Source of the DNA: an uncultured Acidobacteriota bacterium
GTDB lineage: Bacteria > Acidobacteriota > Thermoanaerobaculia > UBA5066 > Gp7-AA6
Assembly: GCA_963764715.1 (NCBI GenBank)
Contig: CAVXTP010000021.1
Coordinates: forward strand, 224,001-288,000
DNA length: 64,000 bases
Reading direction: 5' to 3'
In this document: positions 19,816-29,355 of the stretch, piece by piece
How positions within the stretch are numbered: position 1 is the stretch's first letter
Layout: each line of letters begins with the position of its first letter
Program-made: the position numbers and the translations under genes
The notes under the pieces: model-generated
Told to the model about the DNA's origin: nothing
Databases searched by the model: none
What the model saw: only the letters and a program-made list of their open reading frames with translations

Positions 19816-20811
19816 CTATCGGAGGCCCGCGCCGGGGGCCCCGTGCCCGGGCGGAGGAGGCGTGGCGATCGGAGAGGGCGTCGTTTCCGGGGCTTCGAGG
19901 CGGGCGTGGAGCGAGTCGAAGGCCGCGACGATCCGGTCGAACGCATTCTGCCGCTCCCCGTTGGTCTCGCGGGTCATCCCGCGGAACTTCCGTCCCGCAA
20001 CGGTTCGCGTGTACCTCATGACCTGCAGCGTGAGGTCGGTGTAGCTCTCGGCGTAGAGGCTCTGCGGCAAGGTCGCGGGCTCCGCCCCGGCCAGGAGGGT
20101 CGCGAGGTCGTGAAACTCCTCTTCCGAGAGGGCGCGCGCCGGGCCCGGGGCCGGCGGCCGGCCCGCCTCGCTCCGCTCGAGGCGCGCGTCGCGGCCTTCG
20201 ATCCTCAACGTCCAGCCGGGCGTCCCCGGCGGGTCCGGGCGCCGCTGCACCGCGGCCTCGAGCACCCTTGGCGAAAGCCGCCCCGCCGCGACGAGGCGAA
20301 GCCCGTCGTCGAGGCTCGTGGCGCGCACGCCCGTCTGCGCCGGGCCCTCGCAGATCCGCAGGATCTTCTCGACGAGCTTCGCGAAGGCCTTCGACTGATC
20401 GCCGTTGACGAGCTGGACCGTCGTCTTGCGCGCGGCGCCGGCGCGGACCACGAGGCGGCCCCGCAGTCGCGGCCCTTTGTCCTTCTCGCCCTCCTCGTCC
20501 TCGCCGAACCGGTCCGGCATCGACCCGAACCGCGCCTTCCGGAGAAGCTCGAGGATCTCGAGAACCCGGGCCTTCGGAAGCTCGAACTGCGCCTCGCCCT
20601 GCCAGACGCCGACCCCGTCCCCGAAGACTCGCGCCGTCGTCGCGCGGCCGGCACCCGACCAGAAGACGTCGAGACGCACGTCCCCGAGTCCGGCCCGGCC
20701 CTCGAGCCGCGCCTCGAGAGCGGGGGTGAGCACGTCCTCCGAAAGGCCGGCGGCCGGCCAGGCCAGCCCGGCCGCTAGTAAAAGTCCCAGCAGAGGCGAT
20801 CGGCGGTCCAC
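19816..20811 (-). CDS. Secreted hypothetical protein, paralog of 18327-19391
   Basis: Signal peptide after GTG 20811 (start uncertain); collinear similarity to paralog. Confidence 0.72.
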   Translation of the reverse strand: MDRRSPLLGLLLAAGLAWPAAGLSEDVLTPALEARLEGRAGLGDVRLDVFWSGAGRATTARVFGDGVGVWQGEAQFELPKARVLEILELLRKARFGSMPDRFGEDEEGEKDKGPRLRGRLVVRAGAARKTTVQLVNGDQSKAFAKLVEKILRICEGPAQTGVRATSLDDGLRLVAAGRLSPRVLEAAVQRRPDPPGTPGWTLRIEGRDARLERSEAGRPPAPGPARALSEEEFHDLATLLAGAEPATLPQSLYAESYTDLTLQVMRYTRTVAGRKFRGMTRETNGERQNAFDRIVAAFDSLHARLEAPETTPSPIATPPPPGHGAPGAGLR

Positions 20812-20935
20812 GCTAGTCTTCGAGCCGGCGCGGATGCTATCGCAGCCCTCCGCGGACTCTCGACTCTTCGGATGCGTCCTCGGGACGGAGCGCTCGGGCG
20901 CCCGTTCTCCGGTCGCTCGCCAACGGAGGAACTGG

Positions 20936-23900
20936 ATGTACCGAAACGCCGCGGCCCGCCTCTCGACTTTCATCGTCTCGATCGGGACCGCCGTCCTTCT
21001 CGCCGCGGCGCCCGCTTCCGCGAGCGACCGGCCGCTCGGAAAGACGCCCACCGTGGGGTTCTCCGCGCGGCACGCGAAGTCTTCGCGACTCTCGAGCTAT
21101 CGCGCCGTCGGCCCCGTCCGGCCCCGCCCGAATCGCGAGATCCTGAACGAGGCCACGCCGAAGAAGGGCGCGGGCGCGGCGACGCGCGGGATCGACCCCG
21201 TGCTCCAGAGCCGGTTCGGTCTCTCGCAGCCGGAGCCCTCGGTGCAGTTCGAGGGCGCCTCGGACGACGACAACGCCGCGGTGCTCGGCCAGCGCACCGT
21301 GCCTCCCGACACCGAGGGCGACGTCGGGCCGAACCACTACATCCAGTACATCAACAACGTCGCCGTCATGTACGACAAGTCCGGCAACATCGTCCTCGGG
21401 CCGATCCCCGGCAACGCCTTCTGGGCCGGGCTCGGCGGCCCCTGCGAGATCCAGAACGACGGCGATCCGCTGGTGCGCTACGACCGGCAGGCCGACCGGT
21501 GGGTGTTCTCGCAGTTCGCGCTTCCCAACTTCCCCGACGGCCCCTTCTACCAGTGCTTCGCGGTCTCGACGACGAACGATCCGACCGGCGAGTACTGGCA
21601 GTACGAGTTCGAGACCAGCGACACCTTCTTCACCGACTACGGAAAGCTCGGCGTGTGGCCCGATGCCTACTACATGTCCTTCAACATGTTCGGGCCCGCC
21701 GGGGAGTTTCAGGGAGGCGCGTACGCCTTCGACCGCGCCGCGATGCTCGCCGGCGCGCCCGCGGGGATGATCGCCTTCGACACGGGCGCCCAGGGCGGAG
21801 CCCTGCCGTCGGACCTCGACGGGCCGACGCCTCCGCCCGCCGGTTCCCCGAACTACTTCATGACCTTCGACGTCAATCCCGCGCGGCTGCTCGAGTGGCA
21901 GTTCCACGTCGACTGGACGACCCCCGGCGACAGCACCTTCACCGGCCCCGTCGAGATCCCCGTCGCCGACTTCGTGTACCCGGTGTGCGACGCGTTCCGC
22001 GGCCAGTGCGTTCCCCAGTTCGAGACGTCCGAGAAGCTCGAGACCCTGGACGACAAGCTGATGTACCGGCTGGTCTACCGCAACTTCGGCGACCACGAGT
22101 CGCTCGTCGTCAACCACACCGTCGGCACGGCCTCCGGCGCCGCGGCCCCGCGGTGGTACGAGATCCGCGACCCGGGCGACGCGCCCGTGCTGTACCAGCA
22201 GGGGACCTACGCGCCTGACGCGGCCTTCCGCTGGATGGGCTCGATCGCGATGGACGGCAACGGCAACATGGCCCTCGGCTACTCGAAGTCGAGCTCCACG
22301 ATGTACCCGTCGATCGGAATCACGGGCCGGCTCGCCGGCGACCCGCTCGGCCTGATGGGCGCCGAGGACGTGTGGTTCGCGGGCGGCGGCAGCCAGATCG
22401 CGAGCTCGAGCCGGTGGGGCGACTACAGCACGATGTCGATCGATCCGGCCGACGACTGCACGTTCTGGTACACGCAGGAGTACTACGCCGAGAGCGGCAG
22501 CTTCGACTTCAAGACGCGGATCGGCGCGTTCCGGTTTGCGAGCTGCACGGGCGGGCCCGCGGGATCCCTCGAAGGAACGGTCTCCGGCGATTCGGGGCCG
22601 ATCGAAGGCGCGACGGTGGAAGCGTCGCCGCAGGCGCTCGCCGCCGGCGCGTCGTCCACGACGACCGACGACGCCGGGCACTACCGGTTCCTGACGCTGC
22701 CGGCCGGCGCCTACGACGTGACCGCGTCGAAGTACGGCTACGCGCCTTCGACGGTCGCGGGCGTTCCGGTCGCGGCCGGGGCGAACACGGTGCAGGACTT
22801 CGTGCTCGCCGCGAGCCGAAACGTTCTCGTGAACGGAACCGTCAAGGACGGCTCGGGCCACGGCTGGCCGCTCTACGCGCGGCTCGTGGTGTCCGGCCCG
22901 AACGGGTTCCCGGGCGCGACGCTCTTCACCGATCCGGTCACGGGCTACTACGCGATCACGCTGCCGGCCGGATTCACCTACGACTTCGCGGTCACCGCGC
23001 TCGTCCCGGGCTACGCCCCGGGCGGCGGTCCCCTCGCCGTCACGGTCCCGGCGGCGCCCGCGGCTTCGGGCGGCCTCGTCGCCAACTGGACCGTGTCCGC
23101 GGCGCCGTCCTGCACCGCGCCCGGCTACGGGCCCGGCGCCTTCGCGAATCCCCCGGCGCTCGCCGAGGGCTTCGACGCCGGCGTGATTCCGGCCGGCTGG
23201 ACCGTGCAGACGATCTCCGGAACGAGCTGGAAGGTCCGGACGGGTGCCGACGACTGCGGCCAGTTCGACGACAACCGGACCGGCGGCTCCGGGCCCTACG
23301 CGATCGTCAACAGCGCCTGCGAGTCGGTCGGCTCCGTCGACGACTCCTTCCTCGAGAGCCCGCCGATCGACCTGACCGGCCGCTCGAGAGCGGCGATCCG
23401 GTGGGCGAACGACCTGATCAACTTCGGCTCGGGCGCCATTTCGAGCGTCGACGCGAGCGCCGACGGCGGCGCCACCTGGCGAAACGTCTGGCGGGAGACG
23501 GGGCCCGACCTGCCCGGACCGGGCACGCAGATCGCGGACATGTCGTTTGCGGCCGGGCAGCCGGACGCCCGCGTGCGCTTCCACTACGAAGCCTTCTTCG
23601 GCGGATGGTGGCAGGTGGACGACGTGGCCGTGGGCGCGTTCACATGCGACGTGCTTCCCGGCGGCCTCGCGGTCGGGAACGTCACCGACATCAACACCGA
23701 TGCGGCCTTGAACGGCGCGACAGTGCTCAACCTGCCCGGACGACGGCTCGACGACGACGTTCTCGACTCCCGACGATCCTTCCGAGGGCGACGGGTTTTA
23801 CGCCCTCTTCGCCGGGAGCGGGTCGCAGCCCTTCGAGGCCTCGTACCCGGCTTACGAGCCGTCGACGAAGAGCGTCATCGTCGTTCCCGAACGCCACGGT

Positions 23901-25701
23901 GCGCCTCGACTTCGCGCTCAAGTCCGGCCGGCTCTCGGCGAGCCCCCGGCCGCTGTCGATGTTCATGAGCCCCGGGGGGACACAGGCGCTGACGCTGAAC
24001 CTGACCAACACCGGCACCGCCAGCGGCGGCTACGTCATCCGCGAGGTCGACGTGCCGCCCTCGAGCCTGGTCCCGGCGGGTCCCGCGACGTTCGCCGACC
24101 CGGCGGACGTCCGGGCGGCGCTCCGGCGGGTGGGGTTCTCCCGGTTGAACGACCCGGACCGGACCGGCGTGCCGGCTCCGCCCAAGGCCCCGACCAACGT
24201 TCCGCAACTGGCGCAGGCGGGCAATGTCCTCAGTTCATTCCCGACGGGCCTTTCCGAGGGCCGTGGCCTCGCGTACGACACGGACGCCGACAGGCTCTGG
24301 ATCTCCGACCCCAATGCGCCCGAGATCTTCGTGTTCGGCGACGGCTTCAACCACCAGTACCTTCCCGACGGGACTTCGACCGGCGACACGATCGACATTC
24401 ACGACACGGGCGGCCTCCTGCAGGCCGACGGGACCTACAACGGACGGACCGGAATGCTCTGGCAGGTGAACGTGGGAGGCGACAACTGCCTCTTCGAGAT
24501 GGATCCGGTCGCGAAGGTCGTGACGGGCAGGAAAATCTGCGGCTCGTGGACGGCCAACTCGCAGCGCGCCGTGGCCTACGACTACTCGACGGACACCTAC
24601 TACGTGGGCGGAAACAACGAAGCCACGGTCTACCACATCGACGGTTCCGGCGCCGTTCTCGACTCGCGGTACGTCGGTCTGGGGATGGTGGGGCTCGCGT
24701 TCAACCCGTCGACGCGGCACCTCTTCGCTCTCACCGAGTTCGCCTCGCCCTTCGAGGTCTGGGTGCTCGACGCCGCCGACCAGTACAACGTCCTCGGCGG
24801 CTTCGTCGTGACGAGCGGCGGTGCCCCCGTTCTGCAGAACGAAGGCATCAATCTGGAAGCCGACTGCAACGGCCACCTCTGGGTCAACACCCGCTTCTCG
24901 CAGATCGTCTACGAGTTCGAATCGGGGGAGACCGGCTGGTGCGTCGACGACATCCCGTGGCTTTCCGAGACGCCCTCGGCCGGATCGGTTCCGACCGGGA
25001 GCTCGCTCCCGGTGTCGGTCACGTTCGATCCGTCGGGCCTCCTTCCGGGACTGCGGCAGGGCTCGCTCATCTTCGCGACCGACACCCCGACCGGCGTCGA
25101 CCCGGTGCCGGTCGACTTCACGGTTCTGTTCAACGACGTGCCCGAGGGCAGCTTCGCCTGGAACTTCATCTACGGCGCGGCGGGGGCCGGCGTCATGCCG
25201 GGCTGCGCTCCGCAGACCCCGACGTTCACGTTCTGCCCCGACCAGGTGGTCACGCGCCGGACGATGGCCGGCTTCATCGAGCGCGCGGTCCACGGCGCGC
25301 TGACGCCGCCGCCCGTCTACCTCGGCGAGTTCGGCGACGTGCTGGCCGGCAGCTTCAACGCGAATTACATCCAGGGCCTCGTCGACGACGGGATCACGGC
25401 GGGGTGCAACGTTGCGCCGCCTCTCTACTGCCCGGATGTTCCGGTGACCCGGGCGCAGATGGCGGTCTTCGTATGGAAGGGGCAGCACGGCTCGCAGGAA
25501 CCGCCACCCTGCACGCCGCCCGGGACCTTCGGCGATGTGCCGTGCCCGGGAGGGTTCGCGGTCGACTACATCGAGGGAATCGCCGCCGAGGGAATCACCG
25601 TCGGCTGCGGCGACGGCAACTACTGCCCGAATGCGACCATCACGAACGCCCAGATGGCGGCGTTCCTGGTGAAGGCGTTCCAGCTCCCGTACCTCCCATG
25701 A
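20936..25701 (+). CDS. Large secreted multidomain surface protein 1 (unknown N-domain, carboxypeptidase-regulatory-like, adhesin/MAM-like, propeller, 3 SLH-like repeats); two +1 frameshifts near 23736 and 23887
   Basis: Signal peptide; continuous homology to both paralogs once one base is removed at each site; C-terminal FxDV..GC..CP..TRAQMA repeats. Confidence 0.8.
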
Positions 25702-25733
25702 GGTCCGTCATGAAGAAACAGGAAGGAACTGCC

Positions 25734-28703
25734 ATGAGCCCCCTGAGAATGAGACGGATCGCCGGCTTGATGTTCTGCGCGGCCATGCTCGGAGCGAGTG
25801 CGGCGCATGCCGGCTCGCCGAGCGTCCACGTGAGCGGCACGGTCACGGACGGCTCGGGCCACGGCTGGCCGCTCTACGCGCGCATCGAGATCACGTCGGA
25901 GTTCACCGAGCCCGTCGTCGTCTACGCGGACCCCGTCACCGGCGCGTATGCCGCCGATCTTCCGGACGCCACGTCCTACGCGTTCGCCGTGACGGCCGTC
26001 GGCCCGGGCTACGCGCCGGGCGGCGGACCCGTCGTGACGGCCGGCTCGGCCGTCGTCGCCAACTGGGCTCTCTTCGCCTCGGCGCTCTGCATCGCGCCGG
26101 GCTACGGTCCGGGCAGCTACGGGCCTCCCGTGTTGAGCGAGAGCTTCGATGGCGGCGTGATTCCGCCGGGCTGGAGCGTGGAGACGGTTTCCGGCGTGAG
26201 CTGGGAAGTCATGGCGGGGGCCGATCCCTGCGGGCTCTTCGACGGAAACCGGACCGGCGGGTCCGGGCCGTTCGCCATCGTCAACAGCGACTGCGGATTT
26301 TCGTTCGACGACACCTACCTCGTGACGCCGCCGATCGACCTGTCGGCGAGCCCGAACGCCGCCATCCGCTGGGCGAACGACTTCATCGACACCGGTTTCG
26401 GCGACATCGCCGAGGTGGACGTCTCGACCGACGGAGGCGCGACGTGGGCGAACGTCTGGAAGGCGCCCGGAGGCGTCCCGGGCCCCGGCACCATCACCGC
26501 GGACATGTCGTTCGCGGCGGGACACGCCGCCGTCCAGGCGCGCTTTCACTATCAGCAGTTCTTCGGCTTCTGGTGGCAGGTCGACGACGTGTCGATCGGT
26601 CCCTTCGCCTGCCCGGTCCTGCCCGGCGGCCTCGTGGTCGGCCACGTCACCGACGCCAACACGAGTCTCGGGTTGAACGGCGCGACGGTCGAGAACCTCG
26701 GGGACGCCAGCTCGGCGAAGACCGTGGCCGCGCCGGGGCAGGGCGACGGCTTCTACTCTCTCTTCGCCGCGGGAAGCGGCTCGCAGGGCTTCGAGGCCTC
26801 GGCGAAACTCCATGCCTCCCTGACGAAGAATGCGGCGATCGCGACCAATGCCGTGGTGAATCTCGACTTCTCGCTCGCGGCGGGGCGTCTCGAGGCCGCT
26901 CCCCGGCCGCTCTCGGCGGTGGTGGGCCCCGGCGGCAAGCAGTCCCTGACGCTCGACGTGACCAACACCGGGACCGGCGACGGGACCTTCGTTCTTCACG
27001 AGGTCGACCTGCCGCCGGCGGGCGCCCCGACGGCCTCGAGGCCGGCCCCGATCGACAGCCCCGAGGATCGGCGCGCGGCACGGAGGCGCCTTCCGTTCGG
27101 CCGGTTCGACGCGACGGACTCCCTCGGGCCGCTGCCGAACGCGCCGGCGAACGTGCCGCTCGCCGGGGGCGCGGGCAACGTCATCGGCTCCTTCCCGACC
27201 GGGCTCTCCTACGCCTACGGCCTGGCGTACGACTCCGACTCCCACCGGCTCTGGATCTCCAGCTCCTCGGTCGACGGAGCGGGCAATGTCCTGGGCGACG
27301 GCCTCGACCACGAGTACATGCCGGACGGCACGCCCACCGGCGAGACGATCGACCTCGCGGACGCGCCGAGTCCCTGGCAGGGCGACGGCACCTACAACGC
27401 GCGGACCGGAATGATCTGGCAGACCGGAATCGCCTTTCGCACCGACGCCGGTCCCCAGTGCATCTTCGAGATCGATCCGGTCGTGAGGACCGTCACGGGC
27501 AACCGGATCTGCGGGCCCTGGGGGAATTGGCCGCCGCTCGTCGGGCTGGCCTACGACTACGCGACCGACACGTACTACGCGGGCGATTCGCTCGGCAACA
27601 TCAAGCACGTCGACGCCGCCGGAACCGTCCTCGATGAGGGCTCGATCGGGCTGCAGATCACGGGGCTCGCGTACAACCCGACCTCGCGGATCCTGTACGT
27701 CGGCACCTACCAGAACAGTCCGTACGACATCTGGCTGGTGGATCCGGCGGGCGGCTATGCCGTCCTGAGCGGCTTCTCCGTCAAGAGCAACGGCGTCCCC
27801 GTGCTCAACGCTTCGGGTGCGAGCCTCGAGGCCGACTGCGACGGTCACCTCTGGGTCTACCACGTGTTCGACAACAAGGTCCTCGAGTTCGAGTCGGGCG
27901 CGCGCGGCTGGTGCGTCTCCGAGATTCCGTGGCTCACGGAGGACCCCGCGTCCGGCACCGTCCCCGGCTCCGGCGGCGGCTCGCGCCCGACCGGCGGCGG
28001 CAACACGCTGCCGGTGACGGTCACGTTCGACGCGGCGGGCCTCGCGCCCGGGCTCCGACTGCGGTCGCTCGTCTTCACGACGGACACGCCGGACCCGGTC
28101 GCTCCGGTCCCGGTCGATTTCACCGTCCTCTTCAACGACGTGCCGCAGGGCAGCTTCGCCTGGAACTTCATCTACGGCGCGGCGGGCGCCGGCGTCATGC
28201 CGGGCTGCAATCCGTACGCGCCCTCGTTCGTCTTCTGCCCCAACGAGGTCGTCACCCGACGGAGCATGGCCGGCTACATCGAGCGCGCCATGCACGGCGC
28301 GCTGAGTCCGCCCCCCGTCTACCCGGGCGAGTTCGACGACGTCCTGCTCGGCAGCTTCAACGCCGACTACATCCAGGGTCTGGTCGAGGACGGCATCACG
28401 GCCGGCTGCAACGTCGCGCCGCCGCTCTACTGCCCGGAGTCGCCGGTCACGCGGGCGCAGATGGCGGTCTTCGTGTGGAAGGGTCAGCATGGCGCACAGC
28501 CGCCGCCGCCCTGCACGCCGCCCGGAACTTTCGCGGACGTGCCGTGCCCGGGCGGGTTCGCGGTCGACTACGTCGAGGCGATTGCCGCCGAGGGAATCAC
28601 GGCCGGGTGCGGCGGCGGGAACTACTGCCCGAACGCCAGCATCACCAATGCGCAGATGGCCGTGTTCCTCGTGAAGGCGTTCCAGATCCCGTACCTGCCG
28701 TAG
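25734..28703 (+). CDS. Secreted multidomain surface protein 2 with 3 SLH-like repeats; lacks the N-terminal domain of proteins 1 and 3
   Basis: Signal peptide then VSGTVTDGSGHGWPLYA; intact frame; C-terminus highly similar to protein 1. Confidence 0.85.
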   Translation: MSPLRMRRIAGLMFCAAMLGASAAHAGSPSVHVSGTVTDGSGHGWPLYARIEITSEFTEPVVVYADPVTGAYAADLPDATSYAFAVTAVGPGYAPGGGPVVTAGSAVVANWALFASALCIAPGYGPGSYGPPVLSESFDGGVIPPGWSVETVSGVSWEVMAGADPCGLFDGNRTGGSGPFAIVNSDCGFSFDDTYLVTPPIDLSASPNAAIRWANDFIDTGFGDIAEVDVSTDGGATWANVWKAPGGVPGPGTITADMSFAAGHAAVQARFHYQQFFGFWWQVDDVSIGPFACPVLPGGLVVGHVTDANTSLGLNGATVENLGDASSAKTVAAPGQGDGFYSLFAAGSGSQGFEASAKLHASLTKNAAIATNAVVNLDFSLAAGRLEAAPRPLSAVVGPGGKQSLTLDVTNTGTGDGTFVLHEVDLPPAGAPTASRPAPIDSPEDRRAARRRLPFGRFDATDSLGPLPNAPANVPLAGGAGNVIGSFPTGLSYAYGLAYDSDSHRLWISSSSVDGAGNVLGDGLDHEYMPDGTPTGETIDLADAPSPWQGDGTYNARTGMIWQTGIAFRTDAGPQCIFEIDPVVRTVTGNRICGPWGNWPPLVGLAYDYATDTYYAGDSLGNIKHVDAAGTVLDEGSIGLQITGLAYNPTSRILYVGTYQNSPYDIWLVDPAGGYAVLSGFSVKSNGVPVLNASGASLEADCDGHLWVYHVFDNKVLEFESGARGWCVSEIPWLTEDPASGTVPGSGGGSRPTGGGNTLPVTVTFDAAGLAPGLRLRSLVFTTDTPDPVAPVPVDFTVLFNDVPQGSFAWNFIYGAAGAGVMPGCNPYAPSFVFCPNEVVTRRSMAGYIERAMHGALSPPPVYPGEFDDVLLGSFNADYIQGLVEDGITAGCNVAPPLYCPESPVTRAQMAVFVWKGQHGAQPPPPCTPPGTFADVPCPGGFAVDYVEAIAAEGITAGCGGGNYCPNASITNAQMAVFLVKAFQIPYLP

Positions 28704-28724
28704 GGTAAGGAACAGTTGAGTTAC

Positions 28725-28766
28725 CGCCGGGACGAACGCGGGTCTTCGACCCGCGTTTAGCCCGGC
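28725..28766. other. Long hairpin downstream of surface protein 2 (terminator- or REP-like)
   Basis: CGCCGGG-AC-G-AACGCGGGTC-TTC-GACCCGCGTT-TAG-CCCGGCG, followed by CCCCTAC (GTAGGGG on the minus strand); no U-tract. Confidence 0.5.
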
Positions 28767-28803
28767 GTCCCCTACTGCCGTGGGTTTGCCTCTGGTGGTC
28801 GGG

Positions 28804-28832
28804 TTGACCTTCCGGGGCCATCCTTAGATAAT
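28804..28832 (+). promoter_or_regulatory. Sigma70-type promoter of tRNA-Gln
   Basis: TTGACC-17 nt-GATAAT, 18 nt upstream of the tRNA. Confidence 0.7.
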
Positions 28833-28850
28833 CCGCGTCCCCCGGACGAC

Positions 28851-28924
28851 TGGGAGGTCGTTCAATGGTAGGACAACTGGCTCTGGACCAGTGAATCGGG
28901 GTTCGAGTCCCTGCCTCCCAGCCA
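28851..28924 (+). tRNA. tRNA-Gln (anticodon CTG)
   Basis: Acceptor TGGGAGG/CCTCCCA; anticodon arm ACTGG-CTCTGGA-CCAGT; GTTCGAGTC T-loop; encoded CCA. Confidence 0.97.
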
Positions 28925-28930
28925 AATCAC

Positions 28931-29090
28931 GTCGCTACGCGCTTCGCTTCGGGTCTGCGCCTGACGGCGCACCGGCTCGCGGCTCGCCTGTGGGCTCGAC
29001 CGCGAGCCTGACCCTGCGCTCCGCGCGTCGCTTCCGCATCGCGGACCTCCTCCCTCCCTCCGGTCGGGAGACTTTCCGCGATGCGAGCGG
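28931..29090 (+). repeat. Structured intergenic repeat, copy B
   Basis: 28945-29015 is identical to 60163-60233 (71 nt); second arm CCTCCTCCCTCCC.CCGGTCGGGAGACT shared with copy A. Confidence 0.88.
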
Positions 29091-29116
29091 TTGAACTCTC
29101 ACGGCTCCCTCGCTTC

Positions 29117-29188
29117 GCACGGCGTTCCCTACTGCCGGGGGTCTGCGTCAGCGCCGCGCTGTGCACGGCGCTCGCTACTGCCGGGGGT
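29117..29188. repeat. Two 26-nt direct repeats, 46-nt period
   Basis: GCACGGCGTTCCCTACTGCCGGGGGT and GCACGGCGCTCGCTACTGCCGGGGGT. Confidence 0.7.
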
Positions 29189-29265
29189 ATGCCTTCGCGG
29201 GTCGGGTCGGTGGTAGGGTCACGCCGCGAACGGATGTTCTTTGCGGGGCGGGTGTCAGGGGCCCT

Positions 29266-29297
29266 CGGTCGTAGGGGCGGGGCTTGTCCCCGCCCTC
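29266..29297 (+). repeat. GTAG-family REP-like palindrome
   Basis: GTAG-GGGCGGGG-CTTGT-CCCCGCCC; 32 nt identical to 60337-60368. Confidence 0.8.
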
Positions 29298-29355
29298 TTG
29301 AAGGCGCGACTACTCTTGACGCGGGCGTGGACCCGGCGGATGGAGCGTCGTGGCG

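Noticed and set aside
23730-23890. Programmed frameshifting or phase variation in surface protein 1
   Set aside because: Runs are only 3 nt, there is no slippery heptamer or long tract, and similar insertions hit unrelated genes
25126-28703. Diversity-generating retroelement suggested by similar 3' ends of adjacent genes
   Set aside because: Both copies are coding, differences are not confined to adenines, and there is no reverse transcriptase in the window
28851-28924. tRNA-Gln as an integration site of an island or prophage
   Set aside because: No integrase, no duplicated tRNA 3' end seen, and SLH-protein genes continue on both sides
29117-29188. Possible mini CRISPR array
   Set aside because: Only two imperfect repeats, a 20-nt spacer, and no cas genes
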